A stretch of 64,000 nucleotides of DNA from Vicugna vicugna. Taxonomy: Eukaryota. The notes below the pieces were generated by a model, which was not told the DNA's origin, ran no database searches, and saw nothing but the letters and a program-made list of their open reading frames with translations. Positions 13,001-28,879 of the stretch are shown piece by piece. Position 1 is the first letter of the stretch; every line of letters starts with the position of its first letter. The stretch is taken from NCBI GenBank assembly GCA_013265495.1, contig MU058824.1, positions 1,825,111 to 1,889,110 on the forward strand, written 5' to 3'. A program made the position numbers and the translations under genes.

Positions 13001-16000
13001 GGCTGACTTGGCCTTGCCTGGCACCTGTGAATGGTAAGTCCCAATAAATGTTGGCTGGTGAGCAGCCCACAAGGCTGGTTCCCCCTGTGCCAACCTACAG
13101 CATGGTCCAGTGCACAGGGCATGGGGCCAAGGTCAGAACACCTGCACCCGGGTCTCCATTTAGTCACTGCTTGCTGTGAGTCCTTTTCTGGGCCTCAGTT
13201 TCTCCATCTATAAAAAGAGGAATTGGACTAGGGCACGACCCCCTTAGTGTTTAGAAATGGGGAGCCAGGGGAGGGAGACTGGCTGACATGGTGACTAGAG
13301 GGTGTTCATGGCATCCAGGAGCCAGGGGTTCTGGGTGCCCTGCACTAGACAGGACAGCCCCTCACAACAAAGATTTACAGCCCCTCCAAAGAGAAGAATT
13401 GCCGGAAGTGGCCCTGGGGAGAAACCTTGGTGGGTGATCTCACAGGTCCCTTCAATCTGGGATTCTGAAAAAATTCACCCAGACTCATAATCAAACATTT
13501 CAAAAAAATTCTTACTTTGAAATGACAGCTTCGAGCTTTGTTGCCTCAGAGATGTGTGACTGCTGCTGTTGAGATAAGCGGCCCAGCCCCGGCGGGATCT
13601 GGAAGGCTCCTCCCGGCTCCAGCGCTCTGTGACTCTCTGCGGTTGGAGATAATGATGATGGTCTACACATAAGGAGTGGGCTTTCCAGTCTCAAAAGCCT
13701 GCTAAACACACCGGTTACCTCTTTTGATCATCTTGCCAACCCAGGGAGGTTGCAGATGAGGAAATCATGGCTCAGAAAGGCTTAGAGATACGTTCAAAGT
13801 CACACAGCTGGCAAGTGATGGACTTGGGATCTGACCCCCGTGGCCTTTCCCTCCCTGCCCAGGCTTCCTTGATGGGACAACCCCTGGCATCTCCCCCAAA
13901 AGAGGCGGTGTCAACTCACCTGCCTTCCCAGGAAAAGAGAAGCATCTCAAGACTGAAACTCAGCCCAGAAAGGTCAGACGTCCTCCCTCCTCCCACCACC
14001 ACACACTTTCAAACTCACATTTATATACACACATATACTAACCTCCAGTAGGAAAACCTACCAATTTTACCACATATTTTAAAAATCAAGTTTGAAATTT
14101 AAAAAAGAGGCAGAAATGGCTCAGGAAGAAAGTTCCGAGAGCCCACTTCTGGGAGCTGGTCAGAAGGTGGAAGGCACCCACTCCTTCAAAGAAGTGCTGG
14201 CAGAGTCCTTGCCATTTCAGGTCCTGCCTGTGCACTGCTCCCGCTCCCAGGAATGCTCCCCCGCTAGGTTTTCACATGGCTGGTCTTCCCACTGTTCAGT
14301 TCAGGTCTCAGACTACATGTCACCACTTCAGAAGAGCTTTTCCCAGACTACCTGACCTGAAGCAGGTCCTCATAGCGCCTTGTCCTTCTCTTTAGGAACA
14401 CCTATCACCCCTCTGCTCAGAGCTCCTGTCAACCTCCTGTACCCTCCACTGAAATGCATGCTCCAAGAAGGCAAGCATTGTGAGGTCTCAGAACTGGACC
14501 CCAGCATCGAGCCCGGCACACAGCAGGCACATGAGAAATACTGAGTTGATTCTGATGAGGGAACACAGGACAAATATAGTCATCCCCAGTTATTCACAAT
14601 CACATTAGTTATCCTGTAAATTAACCCATGGGCTCATTTGCTGAGAAATGGGAAACTGAGGTCAAAAAAAGTGTGAGGACTTGCCCAAGGTCACCCAGCA
14701 AGTCTAGAGCAGGATCCAGGCCTTTGACCTTTCAGGCGTCGATGCCTCAAGCCAGGTCCATATCCTTGCCTGTCTGTTTTGTGCGGCCTGACAAAGCCGG
14801 ATGTTTGCAGGGGCCACTGACCTACATTGTGAATAATTGCATCATGCAGAGGGACTCTCAGGCCAGCTGCTCTCCTTTTGCTGCACAGATGGGGGAGGCT
14901 TTCCCGGGCAGCGTCTGCAAGCCTCCCGCTGAGCGGCGGCTGGACCAGGAGTCAGGTGTGAGCCCTTGCAGCCTCCGGCCATCACAGACAGGCGTGGCTG
15001 CTCTGCTGGGCTCTGCGCCCTGTCAGGCAGAAAGAGCATTTTATCAGCTTGATTTCATGCAGCACCAAAGCACAGCCTTCACAGAGCTCCGGGGCTTCAG
15101 GGAGGCCTCTATCGAACGTTTAGCACTTAAGTCATTCCTCCCACGAGCAGCACCTCACAGTTTGTAGAACAGGTTTATACCCGCTGTCTCCTTGGCATGT
15201 GAAAGGCAGGGCAGGCTGGGGGATACACATGGTGAGGAAGGAATGAACGCTGGTTTGGGAGTCAGACAGACCTGGGTCTGAATCTCAGCTCTGACACGTA
15301 CTGGTTGGAGATTAGGGCGTTACTTAACCTCTCTGCCTCAGTTTCCTCGTCTGTGAAGTGAGGTTAACGCCTTGTTGGATCCTTATAAAGCAGCGACAAG
15401 ATAACGTGTGTAGAGCTCACAGCTTAGCAACTAGCACACTGTTGTCACTCGTGACAAGGCAGCTCTGGTGTTTTAGGGTGGCTCTTATTGGCTGAGGCCA
15501 GCCCACTCCCCCTTTGAGGTCACCTCTCATGGAACCATCCTGATCTTACTAGAATGGAAGACCCACGGGGACAGGGCCCTTGTCAGTCCTGGTTACTGTC
15601 ACATTCCCCATTCCCGGAACAGTACCCAGCAAATGGTAGTGCCTGATAATTACGGTATGAATGAGTGAATGAATGATGACTTAGGTAATGCCCAGGTGAG
15701 CAACAAGTAAGGAAGAAAAATAAAGAAGAGAAAAAAGCAAGCTGAAAGTTCTTGCAGACCAGTCATCCAAGGCAAGGGAAACATTCTTAGGCCAATGGAA
15801 ATGCTGTAGCCCACACCGTACAGAGAAGTGGGCCTGAAATCCCGGCTCAGGCCCTGACATCAAATCCTAGCATGGCATCTGCAGGAGTCAGTGCCCTGTG
15901 CTCACTGGCACTGGGCGACGTGGCTGGCCCACACTGGGAACAGGGAGTGTGATGGCCAGTCCTTCCTTCCTCAGTAGCCCCCATTCACCCACTGCCCAAA

Positions 16001-16195
16001 AAGCAGGATGAGGCAGGTCTTCCAAGGTGCCTGGAGGTCTGGCCTAATTTAAGGCCAATGAGTGCCTTCTAGAGAAAAGGATGCTGCTGCTGATGGCTTC
16101 GCCACTTGCAGCCCCACTGAGCTCCACAAGCAGCTCTGCGTCCCCAGGAGAGGGTGAGCCACGGCTGCTGGGCGGAACCCTCCACATGGTTCTTT

Positions 16196-16213
16196 GCTGC
16201 CCTCTAGCGGCGC
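16196..16213 (-). promoter_or_regulatory. Candidate CTCF site (reverse orientation) in GABBR2 intron 13
   Basis: Reverse complement GCGCCGCTAGAGGGCAGC fits the CTCF core CC(A/G)(C/G)(C/T)AG(A/G)(G/T)GGC(A/G); local CpGs retained. Confidence 0.55.
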
Positions 16214-18130
16214 TTTGGTGCACGACAACGAGGTCAAGTAAGCACTCAGGTAATGGCCCAGGTTCCCCACCATGTCCTGTTGCATGGTCAGGCATCTCTC
16301 TTCATGTGTGTGATTGCTCCCAGCACTCTGAACTCCAGTCCCAGGCATGATCAGGACAGATCATACAGGAAGAGGCATGGCTCTTACAGTTTGAAATTCA
16401 ATGCAGGGCTGATTTGACTTTATTCAGATTCCCCATCCCCTACTCCTAAAACCACCCCCAACCACTGCCACTCTGGCCAGCGTGCACAAACCTGGGGCTG
16501 TGTGAGAGTGATGCTGACGACCAGGATATTTTTTTTGGCTTACTTCCAGATCAGTGCCTGTGTACTGGGGAGATGAAGTAGAAGCATCTCTGCCCACCCT
16601 CGGGACCACTGACTTCTCTGAGCTCTGGGCAAGCCCGTGGTTTTTTGCTGCCCTCTCACCTCCGCAGGAAAGGCTGTGCTTAAGTTTAATGAGATGGGTC
16701 GGGGACTGAAAGACCAGATTAAAAATCAGGATTTGAAGAGGTTAGAGCAGACCAGGATTGGGGTGGGGGGTGGAGAGGAGGGGGCACTAACAAGGTAAAA
16801 GGTAACCAGGCTGGAGTGCCAACCACAGAAAGGGGAAGACAGAGCTACCAGCAGTTCCGTGAAAACTACCTGTGGGGTCCTAGTCAACCACAAGGAACTT
16901 ATGAATCACCAGTGGAAGGTAGTTATTTAGAGCACCAGGGAGAGCTGGAGAAAGGTGCTTAGCACTACCTGAAGTGTTGAGCTCAAATCTAGGTTTGCAG
17001 GACCAGGTCTACTTGTTGGGGGAGGTGATGCATCCTGGCAGATCTTCCCCTCCTGTGGAAAAAGAGTTTGGTATCTTTCCGGGGAGCCCTGGGAGAAAGA
17101 CAAGGACCGAAGGTGGAAGTATAGGAGGAGAAGGTTCTGGTTCAATTGAAAAAAAAATTCACCGAGAGTGGGAGGGAGGGCACTCTCTGTCACTGGGGGC
17201 AAATACGCCAGGCAACCACTGTCAGCTTCCCATGAACAGAGTTTTCATTACATCGAAAAATGGGTATGACAGAATCACTCCTCTCTACATGGAGGATCTA
17301 AGAGTTCATCATAAACTACTGCCTTTCCTGGTAGAACAGACACTGTCATCATTAATGGCCCTGCTGTTCATGCATGCCCGCAGCGGGCCTGTGCTACTGC
17401 GTTCTGAGTCTGCTTCACTGTCAGACATTGGAGAAAACCAAGTTATGCCACTAAGTCACTGCTGACCTCGGGTCCAAGTTCTTCCTCAGTCTCCTCAATT
17501 AAATTAAATTAGGGTATCAGGAATCCCCTACCACCCTTAGAATCCAGCCACTTCCTGGGGGAGTAGCAGTGGTTGGGAAATCTCTAGCCCTGGCAACTCT
17601 GACTGTGGTTCCTGCGGATCACCTTTCCCTAGGTGTCTCTCACTAGCACCCACTGCCACCACTGAGGAGGCCGCAGGGGACCCTGCTCTCCCTCTAGCAC
17701 TGCCGCGGGTGTGTGCACTCAACGACCATGGACCCAAAGAAGCTAAGCTAAAGCTTTCTGTGGCTTGGGACAGCAAAAGGGAAATCAAGCCTGAGAGAGC
17801 ATGCAACTGTGATCTAGTCACCAAATGGCCTGAGCCCTCAGGCCCCACCCCTCCCAGCTCCTCCTGCATCCATGTCAGGACACTATCTTCCTCAACTCAC
17901 AGGAGCCCAGCCACTTGCCTGCCTCAAAGGCCAAGCCTAGTGAGCAGGGCCAAGACAAATAGGGTGTCCATCCTGCACCTGCCTGAAGTCTGCCTTCTGC
18001 ATCCCTGGATCCCACCAAAGTGCCCCTTCTTTCTAGTGACTGACCCTGAGAATGCCTACCCCTTACCCTCAGGAATGTGGCTTTACCCTCGGCCTTAAGA
18101 GGACAACATCCAGAACACAGTTATTTTTTT

Positions 18131-18232
18131 TTGTTCTTTTTTTTATTAATAGATTTTATTTTTTTAGAGCAGTTTCAGGTTCACAGCAGAATTGAGCAGA
18201 AAAGACAGAGAGTTCACACATATCCCTCCCCA
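18131..18232 (-). mobile_element. L1MA/L1MB-type 3' end fragment
   Basis: T-rich tail followed by TTTTAGAGCAGTTTCAGGTTCACAGCAGAATTGAGCAGAAAA, the reverse complement of an L1M 3' terminus. Confidence 0.75.
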
Positions 18233-18289
18233 CCCATCCATATCTTTGATGAGATACCCTCAGTGGGATCAGTTCTAAAGACAAACAGA

Positions 18290-19740
18290 TTTGCAAGGAA
18301 ATCTTCAACTTTAGTAAATTTGTTGTTGCTGGTGTATGGATATAGCAATTTTGAAACTGTTTTGTGTCTATTATAGAATTGAAAAAAATGAGTGAGTATT
18401 TTGATGTTGTTAGAAACTAGGGATTCACTATGGGAGAATACAGATGCAAATATGGAATGAGGGAAAACAAGGAAGAACTCTGTGATGTTGGATTTTATCT
18501 TGATCTATATCTATAGATAGATGATACAGACTGAATGATGATGGATAGATGGATAGGTAGATGGATAGATGGATAGACAGAGAGATAAAAGGGCCTCAAA
18601 GTAATGATACCCTAGGAATAGTGAGCACATCAAGTGCCCAGATCTTGGTTTCTAAATACCATTCTCTGCTAAAAGAACCAGGACTCTTCAGAGAAAAGGC
18701 TGATTCTAAGACTGGGGGGAAAAGAAAAGTGTAGGGAGAGCCTGGAATATCTTGTGCCAAGAAATATGAAAGTGCTTAAAAAATTATAGGGACATGTGGA
18801 AAAAAACACAGGCGACAGCATGAAGGAGTTTTCTACTGGCCAAATCTGGAAAATTTTGAGCAAAATAAATAATAGTAGTAATGGATTGTAAGACATTGAA
18901 TCTAAAAGGATCCCATAAGTCCATACTGATATACATAGATGAGTGGGAGGAAAGGAAAGAGCCTGTTTACAGTATATTGCCAAGTATTTAAATGTAATGA
19001 GAGAGTTAGAAAATCACCATTTGCAGCTACCAAAGTAATCAGATAGAAATCATCAATGGATGCTGAAACCACTGAGTTAGTTTGTGGGGGAACAATATAC
19101 TCACATAGTCTCAAAGTATCTCCCACAGATTATTTATTAATTACAAGGGGGAAATGGTACCTCTGAAGTAAAGAGATCTGGCAGACATCACCTCAACCAA
19201 ATGATCACAAGCATCACCAATAATGGGGCAAGTGCCATCAAGTGCCCCTGATGTGAAACATTGAAGAGGTGAGAACATCACTTATACAGGATTCCTGCCA
19301 AGAATACATAACCTGAATCTAATCATGGAAACACATTCAGACAAACCCAATTGAGCGACATTATACAAAATAACTGACCTGGAATCTTCAGATACATCAA
19401 TGACATGAAAGGAGGCTGAGGTCTTGTTTGAGATTGAAGGAGAAAGGTCTGATTCCAAGGCTGACTGCAGACATGACAAGTGAATGCGACATGGTTCTGG
19501 ATTGGGTCCTTAAAGGACATTAATGGGCCAGTTGGCAAAATTGTAAAGTGAGTACTGTATTAGATAATATACCGTATCAATGTCAAATTTTCTGAATTTG
19601 GTAAGTGTACATGGTTATATGAGAGAATCCCTTGTTCTTAGGAAACATGTAGCATACATGTTTAGAGGTAAAGAAGCGCCAGGATGTCTGCAACTTACTC
19701 GCAAATGGCTCAGAAAAAATATATATGTATAGTAGATATT
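18290..19740 (+). mobile_element. L1MC/L1MD-type 3'UTR fragment with internal (GATA/GGAT)n repeat
   Basis: Motifs such as CAGATCTTGGTTTCTAAATACCATTCT, GGCAGACATCACCTCAACCAA, AACCTGAATCTAATCATG and TCTGCAACTTACTCGCAAATGG; tetranucleotide array near 18505-18580. Limits approximate. Confidence 0.75.
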
Positions 19741-20504
19741 TTTTCACTCCCTGGGTGTCTTTTTCTCCTCTTGCCACCACCTGGCTGATTCCACAGTTTC
19801 CCAGTTCAGACTCCTGAGAGAACGTGCTTGGATTGAGTCCTCTCCACCACCCCTCTTTGGGCAGAGCAGTTTGCACTAGGAAACTTCCTAGGTCTCTGAT
19901 AAGCCCCTGGATTGGCTGCCTAGGGTCTGGTGCCCACCCCTTGTCCAATCAGCTCCAGCCCAGGAAGGGTCATGTGGTACATAACATGGCTGCCACCATT
20001 GCTCCCTCAGTGGAGGTGGTGGGCAAGAGGGTCTCCTTAAAAGGGTTTGGCAGGCCCCGTGCTTGGCCCAGCCAGTAGATACTGAACCTCCAACTGCCTG
20101 AGTTAATTCCAGAGACACCTGAAGGCCTCCTGACCTAACTGAGTGCCTCATTCTCTCCCTCACTCTTCTAACAAATGTTATAGATGCCTGCTCAGGGCCA
20201 GGTCTTGTGCTAGGTACTAGGGGTACAGAAATGACCCAGTCCCTACTCTTAGGAGCTCTGAATCAAGTTGGAAAGATATGAAGAACTCAGATAAATGAAG
20301 TTCAGAGCTGAATCACAACCAACAAACAGAGGCAGCCAATGCTGGTTGAGGCGTGAGCCCCATGGAACACAGAGGTGGGGTCCAAAAGGCCTCCTGGATG
20401 GTGGCACTGGCTGTGGCTCATGGGAGAGGAAAGGACTGTCAAACAGGGACTTGGCTGCTGGGAAGATGGCCAGTGCCATCCTTGGGTTTCTGTAGCCCCC
20501 CGAC

Positions 20505-21205
<701 letters not shown>

Positions 21206-22833
21206 TGAGACAGGTACAAATAATGTCCCCATTTCACTGATGAGGACGCTGAGGCTTGGTTTGCCCGAGGTCACTCAGCTAGTAAGTGGCAGAGTCAAGG
21301 TCTTAACTAGAGAGTAACCCCCAAGCCTGTGAGCGTGCTTCCCAGCTGCCCCTGTCCTGCTCCCTGAACAGCAGTCTGGTAACACCTAGCGCATGTTCAC
21401 ATCCCTGCATTTCACTGGATCTACCTCCTGTGGGAGGTGAGTGGAATCATCCCCATTTTATAGATGGGGAAAGTAAGGCTCAGAGAAGTTAAATGAATTG
21501 CTGAAGGCCACCTGGTAACCTCCAGTCTCCAAACCCAATACTCTTCCCACTCCATTCATCTGTGTAATCAAAGATCACATACCTAGCCCACCTCTCAAGG
21601 TTGTAGAATTTCAAAGTTAGGAAGGACTTGAAAAGGCAGTCTCATCCTACCTTATTCCAGGTTAACCCTTGAACCTTCTCTCCACATCCTGTGCAGGCCA
21701 TGCCTCCACTAAAATCCCTCCAGGGTCAGGATGCTGGCCACTGCACCTCAGATCTTTCCATAGGAAAGTTAAGCCACCATCTGCCTCTGTGTGGCTACCA
21801 CTTAAAGGCTGAGAATGAAGCCCTCTCCAAAGGCCATTTCTTGCGCTGCTCAAATGCATCCTTACCTGCTGCTGCTTCAGAGAACTGTTATTAATCCTGG
21901 ATCCTGCACAGGGCCACACCAGAAGATCATGTGTTACAAGAACCCCAGGCAAAGGGTGCCCCCCACTTCATACTAGTTGAGACCTTCTTGTGATTTCCGT
22001 GGAGGTCCTTTGAGGACCACTGGGGTACAGTCTGGGCCCCATGACGTAACAGGACATGCATGAAGTAGAAAATGGGACCTTGAGGACATGGTCACCAGGG
22101 CTGTCAGAGACAGGGGGTATAGACCCCCAAAGCAGACCCATCATCAGTGCACAGAGTTGTCAGAAGGCAACCCTCGAGTTTACATAAAGAAGGATTCTGT
22201 CTAACAGAGCAGTGTCCACAAAGGTGATTGAGCCCCCGGGCGGGAAGGAGCTCCCTTCATGGAAGGCATGCGGCATCAATTACTTGAGTTTCTCGGCCCT
22301 TGCTGAGTAAAGCGCATGAAGCTAGACTCTCCAGGATCCCTCCAGCCTCCATGTTCCTTGATCCTGAGACTCTGTGAAATTAGATTATGGTGAATCAGAC
22401 TGACTCTTTAAACTGGATTTGTCTGTAATGTTTTGGCCATCTATTATCTTCTCCACCTACTTCCAAAAGTGAATGGAGGTGACTGTATCTCTTCCAGAGA
22501 AACTAATACCTTCACCCAGATCATGTCCATAAAAGCTCTTTATTTGACAGCACAAATGCTTTACTGTTTCCAGCATGTGCAAGGAACCGTCCACAGCCCT
22601 CCTGGCCCTTAAGGCTCATGACCAAAATCCCACCTCCCAGCCCCTTCTGTTCTGAAACCACAGAATCTCAGGGTGGAAAGAACATACACAGCCCTGTAGG
22701 CCAGTTCTGCTCTCAGATGTGTCAGCCCCCCAGCCCACCCTGAGCATCCCTAACAAGTGTTCATTCACTCACTGCTTCCACACCTCCAGTGATGGGGAGC
22801 TCACCCCCTTCAGCCTGTGCCATCTATGGATGG

Positions 22834-23192
22834 TGTATCAGTTTCCTGTGGCTGCAGTAGCAAATACAAACTGGTGGCTTAAAACTACTGAAATGTATTC
22901 TCTCACAGTTCTGGAGGCTGGAAGTCTGAAATCCAGGCACAGCCATGCTCCCTCCAAAGGCTCCAGGGAAGAATGCTCCCTTGCCTCTCTCAGCATATGA
23001 TGGCTCCAGGCATTCTTTGGGTTGTGGCTGCATGACTCCAGTCTCTACCTCCACCTGGGCCATCCAGGATGATCTCGTCTTGAGAACCTTAATTATCTGC
23101 AAAGACCTTTTTTCCAAATAAGGTCACATTGACAGCTTCCAGGGATTAGGATGTGGAAATATCTTTAAGGGCCACTATTTCAACCTACCACA
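22834..23192 (-). mobile_element. MLT1 (ERVL-MaLR) solo LTR
   Basis: TGTATCAGTTTCCTGTGGCTGC...CTCACAGTTCTGGAGGCTGGAAGTC...CAACCTACCACA with a perfect 5-bp TSD GATGG (22829-22833 and 23193-23197). Confidence 0.9.
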
Positions 23193-24319
23193 GATGGATT
23201 GCTTTTCTAGAAAGTTCTTCCTTATCCTCAATTTAAATCAGCCTCAGTGTAACATGTGCCTGTGAACACACATTCTACTTCTTGAAGGCCTGAGAACAGG
23301 TTACCCTCTGTTTCTTCCTGACACTCGTCAGAGATTTGCAGCCAACTACTAGGTCCCCAGACTTGCCCACATTTTATGACCAGTGGACTCTTGTGATGGT
23401 TTGGTGGACCATCAGCAGTGTGGCAAGGAGCAGGCATCCCAGGCACCCACTCAGCCCTGACACGTTGCTGTGGGACCCGAGGCAGGTCATTTCGCCTTGC
23501 CCAGCCTCCGTTTCCTCCCCTGTAGGTCAGGGACAGGCCCGCCCAGCTGGCATGGCTGCTGTGGGACTGAAGGGGCTGCACTCCAAGGACCCAGCACAAA
23601 GCAGGCTTTCAACAGTGCATGTTTCCTTCTCTTACTCAGTATCTGCTTCCTGGGCTCTGGTTCCCACTTTAATTGGAATTTTTAAAAAATAACATGTCCA
23701 TCTGTGAGATAACACACTTAAAGGAGCAAACTACAACTGTGGTTGTAAAAACAAAATAACCAGTTATAAGATAGTTATTAACTTATTTTTGTATCAGACA
23801 TACCAGTTTACAAAATGCTTTCACACCCATCTTCTCATTTCATCTAGATAGAAGCCCTGAGATAGGTATTACTGTTATTCCCATTTCACAGATATTGAAA
23901 CTGAGGTCCTGAGAGGTGATATGATTTACCCAAAGTCACACAGCCAGGGGATAGCAGAGCAGATTCCAGACCCTCTGGCCTCTACCACATGGCATTGTGC
24001 TGCCAATTAAATCAAACCTCAGAGTGTAGGCCCTGGATGAAGTTAAATGGCTTGTGCAGCTGCTGGATGCCCCAAACATCAGTGATAAAGCCAGAGGGAA
24101 AGGGGGCCTTTGTAGGAAGACCTCCTGGAGGGGCTGGCCCACAGCCAAAACCCCTGACCAGTCAGCAGTCCTGATCAGCTTTCCCTCCCGCCCACACCAC
24201 CATTCTGCCCCACATTCCGCCTGCACTTTCTCTGCCACCTGCCCTCCCTTTTGCAGGCTAAACCCTAAACACCCTGATTCAGATCACGTTTGACTTCTAC
24301 TCATTTCAGCTAGGACATG

Positions 24320-24730
24320 AATTGGTTAGGAGTAGAGCTGCAAGTGACAGAAAACCTACAAAAACAGTAGTTTAAAAAAATGTAGTTAATTTCCCTCTCA
24401 GGTAAGCAAAAGAGCTTGTGTGGAGGCTCTTAGAATCTTAGTCCCTTGCATCTTGCCTCCCTCATCTTCATCACGCATCTTCCACATCATGGTCTAAGAT
24501 GACTTTATGGTCTAAGATGGCTGCTCAAGCTCCACCCATCACATTCCACTCCATCTGCTGGAGTGGAGGAAGGAGAATAGCATTTTCCTCTAAAGACACT
24601 TGCTAGAACTTGTACACACCACTTCCACCTACATGGCATTGTCCAGAACCTAGTCACATCACACCTAGCTTCAAGGACGGCTAGGAAATGCAGTCTCTCT
24701 ATTCTGTGTGACTGCGTGCACTGGGGGGTA
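24320..24730 (-). mobile_element. Old MLT1-type LTR remnant
   Basis: GCTGCAAGTGACAGAAAACC and CATTGTCCAGAACCTAGTCACATCACACCTAGCTTCAAGG...GGAAATGCAGTCT are MLT1-like. Similar remnants lie near 6090-6420, 19750-20040, 29280-29680, 37500-37850, 39480-39810 and 61920-62240. Confidence 0.6.
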
Positions 24731-24968
24731 ATAGAAGTCCCAGACACAGGGGCTCTGTCTGGTTCAACAGAAAAAAGACTGGACTGAACTTCTAGGGACA
24801 TAGTCCACTTTTGTCACCAGATTGCTGTGTGGCCTTGGGCAAGCGCCTTCCTCCTCTCTGGGCCTTCGGGTTCTCTGTAGAGCAAGGCGACGTGGTTGAG
24901 ATCATGTCTGACATTCCTTCCCACTGCCGCCTCCTGTGCATCTGTGCGTGAACTAGTGGTGGGGGTGA

Positions 24969-25532
<564 letters not shown>

Positions 25533-25735
25533 TGATGAACACAATTCACATCACAAAGTTTAGAAAATGCAGAAAAGCAAAAATCAGATTTTTCAGAACT
25601 CTCACATAGTCCCCCCACCCAAAAATAACCACTGTTAATGTTTTGGTTTGGTTTTTTACTGTTAATATTTTTGATGTATCCTTCCAGTCTTTTTTTTAGT
25701 GCTTAGGCAGTGATGCTTTTTCAGATATAGCTGTA

Positions 25736-25998
25736 TTTTTTTGACATTTTTTTATAGAGTTATAGTCAGTTTACAATGTTGTGTCAAATTCCAGTGTAGA
25801 GCACAATTTTTCAGTTATACATGAACATACATATATTCATTGTCACATTTTTTTTCGCTGCCACAAGATCTTGTATATATTTCCCTGTGCTATACAGTAT
25901 AATTTTGTTTATCTTTTCTACTTTTTAAAATCCCAGTCTGTCCCTTCCAACCCCGCGCCCCCTTGGCAACCACAAGTTTGTATTCTACGTCTGTGAGG
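25736..25998 (-). mobile_element. 5'-truncated artiodactyl/camelid L1 3' end
   Basis: TAGTCAGTTTACAATGTTGTGTCAAATTCCAGTGTAGAGC...CCCTTGGCAACCACAAGTTTGTATTCTACGTCTGTGAG; degenerate TSD CAGATATAGCTGTA (25722-25735) / CAGACACAGCTGTA (25999-26012). Confidence 0.85.
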
Positions 25999-27224
25999 CA
26001 GACACAGCTGTAATTATAGCATGCTTTGTAGCTGCCTTTTTCACTTAGCTTTTGCCCCTTGTATTTTCCCACATTCATAACCATCATTGAGGGGAAGTTC
26101 TGTAACCTACTTGTCTTCTTGATCCCTTATGGTTGAGCATTACAGTATTTCCAGATTTCTTATAAGTGTACTTTTATTTTTCCTACATAATACACTTTCC
26201 TTGTTTCCAGTCATTCCCTTAAGCTTGAGTCACAGAAGTAGCACTACTGGGTGAAAAGGAATAACCATTTTTAACAGCCACTTACATTTTCATTCATCTG
26301 CAGGGCTTACCTGAGTGATATCTTCCAGACATTATCCTACCCAGCTTGAGTCAATAACTTCTTAACTCTGTCTTCTGCTTCTTCCTTTATTCTTGGGCCC
26401 CACCGAGGTTAGGTTTTCTCTACACAGATCAGCCTACTGAAGAGGTCAAGGCCTCCAATTCACCCGCCCACTGCTGGGTGGGATAATGTCAGGAAAACAT
26501 CTCTCAGGTCAGTGGTTATTTTGGATGGAGGAGCCACAGGACCCCAGTGATCTCTCCTCTCCCCTGGGCACGCAATCAGTCCCCAGTCAGGCTCAGCTGT
26601 GCCCCAGAACACCTCTGGCACGTACTCCTTCCTTAGGGTGTCGACACTTTCCCAGGCTCCAGGCCAAGCCCACAACTTCTCTGTGTGCACTCACATGTTC
26701 TCTCCACCCTGTGAAGATGCCAGGTTGACCCTAAGCCCAGCTCTGATCAGGACACTCTGCTTTGTCACCCTCGACAGCTCTTCATTGCCCTCCTGGCTCC
26801 AGGATCAAGTTGCCCAATACTGGGCTGGCTTTCAGGATCACTGGATCCCTCTAGGCTCCCCAGAGAACCCTGTCCATCATCCAGCTGCCTTTCTCTATAA
26901 GTGCCCTGAGCCCCCCTGCATCTGCATGTGCCATTTCTTCCCCCTGGAATTCCCTTACCCTCACCATCCTTCCACGCCCTCCCCAGAGCCTAGCTCAGGC
27001 CCACAGCACCATGCTGAGCACTGTGCCCTGAATGCCTGGCCTGGTGATGATCTGAGTCCTTCCTCCATCCCTGCCTCTCACCTCTGAACCAGAAGTCCTA
27101 GTGGACAGGGGCCGTGGCCATGGTTCTAACAAGCACAAGCCTTCACTCTCCTCCCACTGTCTGTCTTCACAGCTGTCACCTTCAGGTTTATTTTCTACGT
27201 GGAGCAAGGCCTGAGGCAGAGTGA

Positions 27225-27875
<651 letters not shown>

Positions 27876-28009
27876 TAAACTAGACAGAGGCGGTTTGTCG
27901 GAATCTCATAGAAGTTTATTGTCCATCTGGCCAAGGCTCTTGGGTTCCAGCAATGCCTCGATTCAAGCATCTTCAGAAAGAAAGTTCTTAGAGATTTGTG
28001 AGCCCCCAG

Positions 28010-28879
28010 ATTATAGCACTGATTTGGGAAAACTTAGTTTTCTACCTCCTGTCTGTCTCCTTTACCACTCACACAGAACTCTTCACTTCTGACACTTCTG
28101 GTCACCAAATGTGTGTGTGTGTGTCAAGGGGGAGGGGGAGGGAGTTCCCGAACCAAGCAGTTCTCTTCAACACCATCTGGGTGTCCTACAATTTAACTCA
28201 TTCTAACACCATCTGCCTAGACATAGTGTCAGACCCCAGAGGTTAAAGGCTCCTAAGCCTATCCCACAGACCACCCCCACCCTACTTCAGATGCCAGTCA
28301 CAAGTAGTGGGCCCCCTGGTTACCCACAGTTCTGTCCAACTTGGCCACAAACCAGACGTTTCCATGACCCCCTCCTCAGGTTCAATTAATTTGCTAGAGC
28401 AGCTCCCAGAACTCACGGGAACACTTACTTACATTTACCAGTTTATTAGAGGATATGATAAAGGATACAGATGAACAACCAGGAGGGGATACAGTGGGAG
28501 AGGCCAGGGGCTCTTGAGCACAGAAGCTTGTGTCTTGTGGGGCTGGGGTACGTCACCCTCCCAGTGGGGATGTGTTCGCCAACCCAGAAGCTTTCCAGAC
28601 CCCATATGTTGGGGTTTTATGGAGGCTCTGTTACCCGTCATGATTGATCATTAACTCTGTTTTCAGCCCTTCTCCCTCCTCAAGAGGATGGGGGACAAGG
28701 CTGAAAATTCCTGGTTTCTAATCATGGCTCATTCTTTCTGGTGACCAGCCCTCATCCAGGAGCCCACCCACAGTTGCCCAGTTAGAACAAAAGATACCCC
28801 AACACCCAGGAAATTACAAGGGTTTCAGGAGCCCTGTGTCAGAAACCCAGGGCAGAGGCCAGTATGTATTACTGTCTCA
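28010..28879 (-). mobile_element. MER21-family LTR
   Basis: CACTTCTGACACTTCTGGTCACCAAATGTGTG, GGGTGTCCTACAATTTAACTC, TTAATTTGCTAGAGCAGCTC, CCAGGAAATTACAAGGGTTTCAGGAGC resemble the MER21 reverse complement. Left limit approximate. Confidence 0.7.

Noticed and set aside
15055..15080. REST/NRSE-like CAGCACCAAAGCACAGCC
   Set aside because: The left half-site is present but the GGACAG right half is not.
1..20500. Search for GABBR2 exon 13 (IIKDQKLLVIVGG...) or another nested gene
   Set aside because: No matching coding sequence seen; the region appears to be part of a long intron whose 5' end is outside the window.
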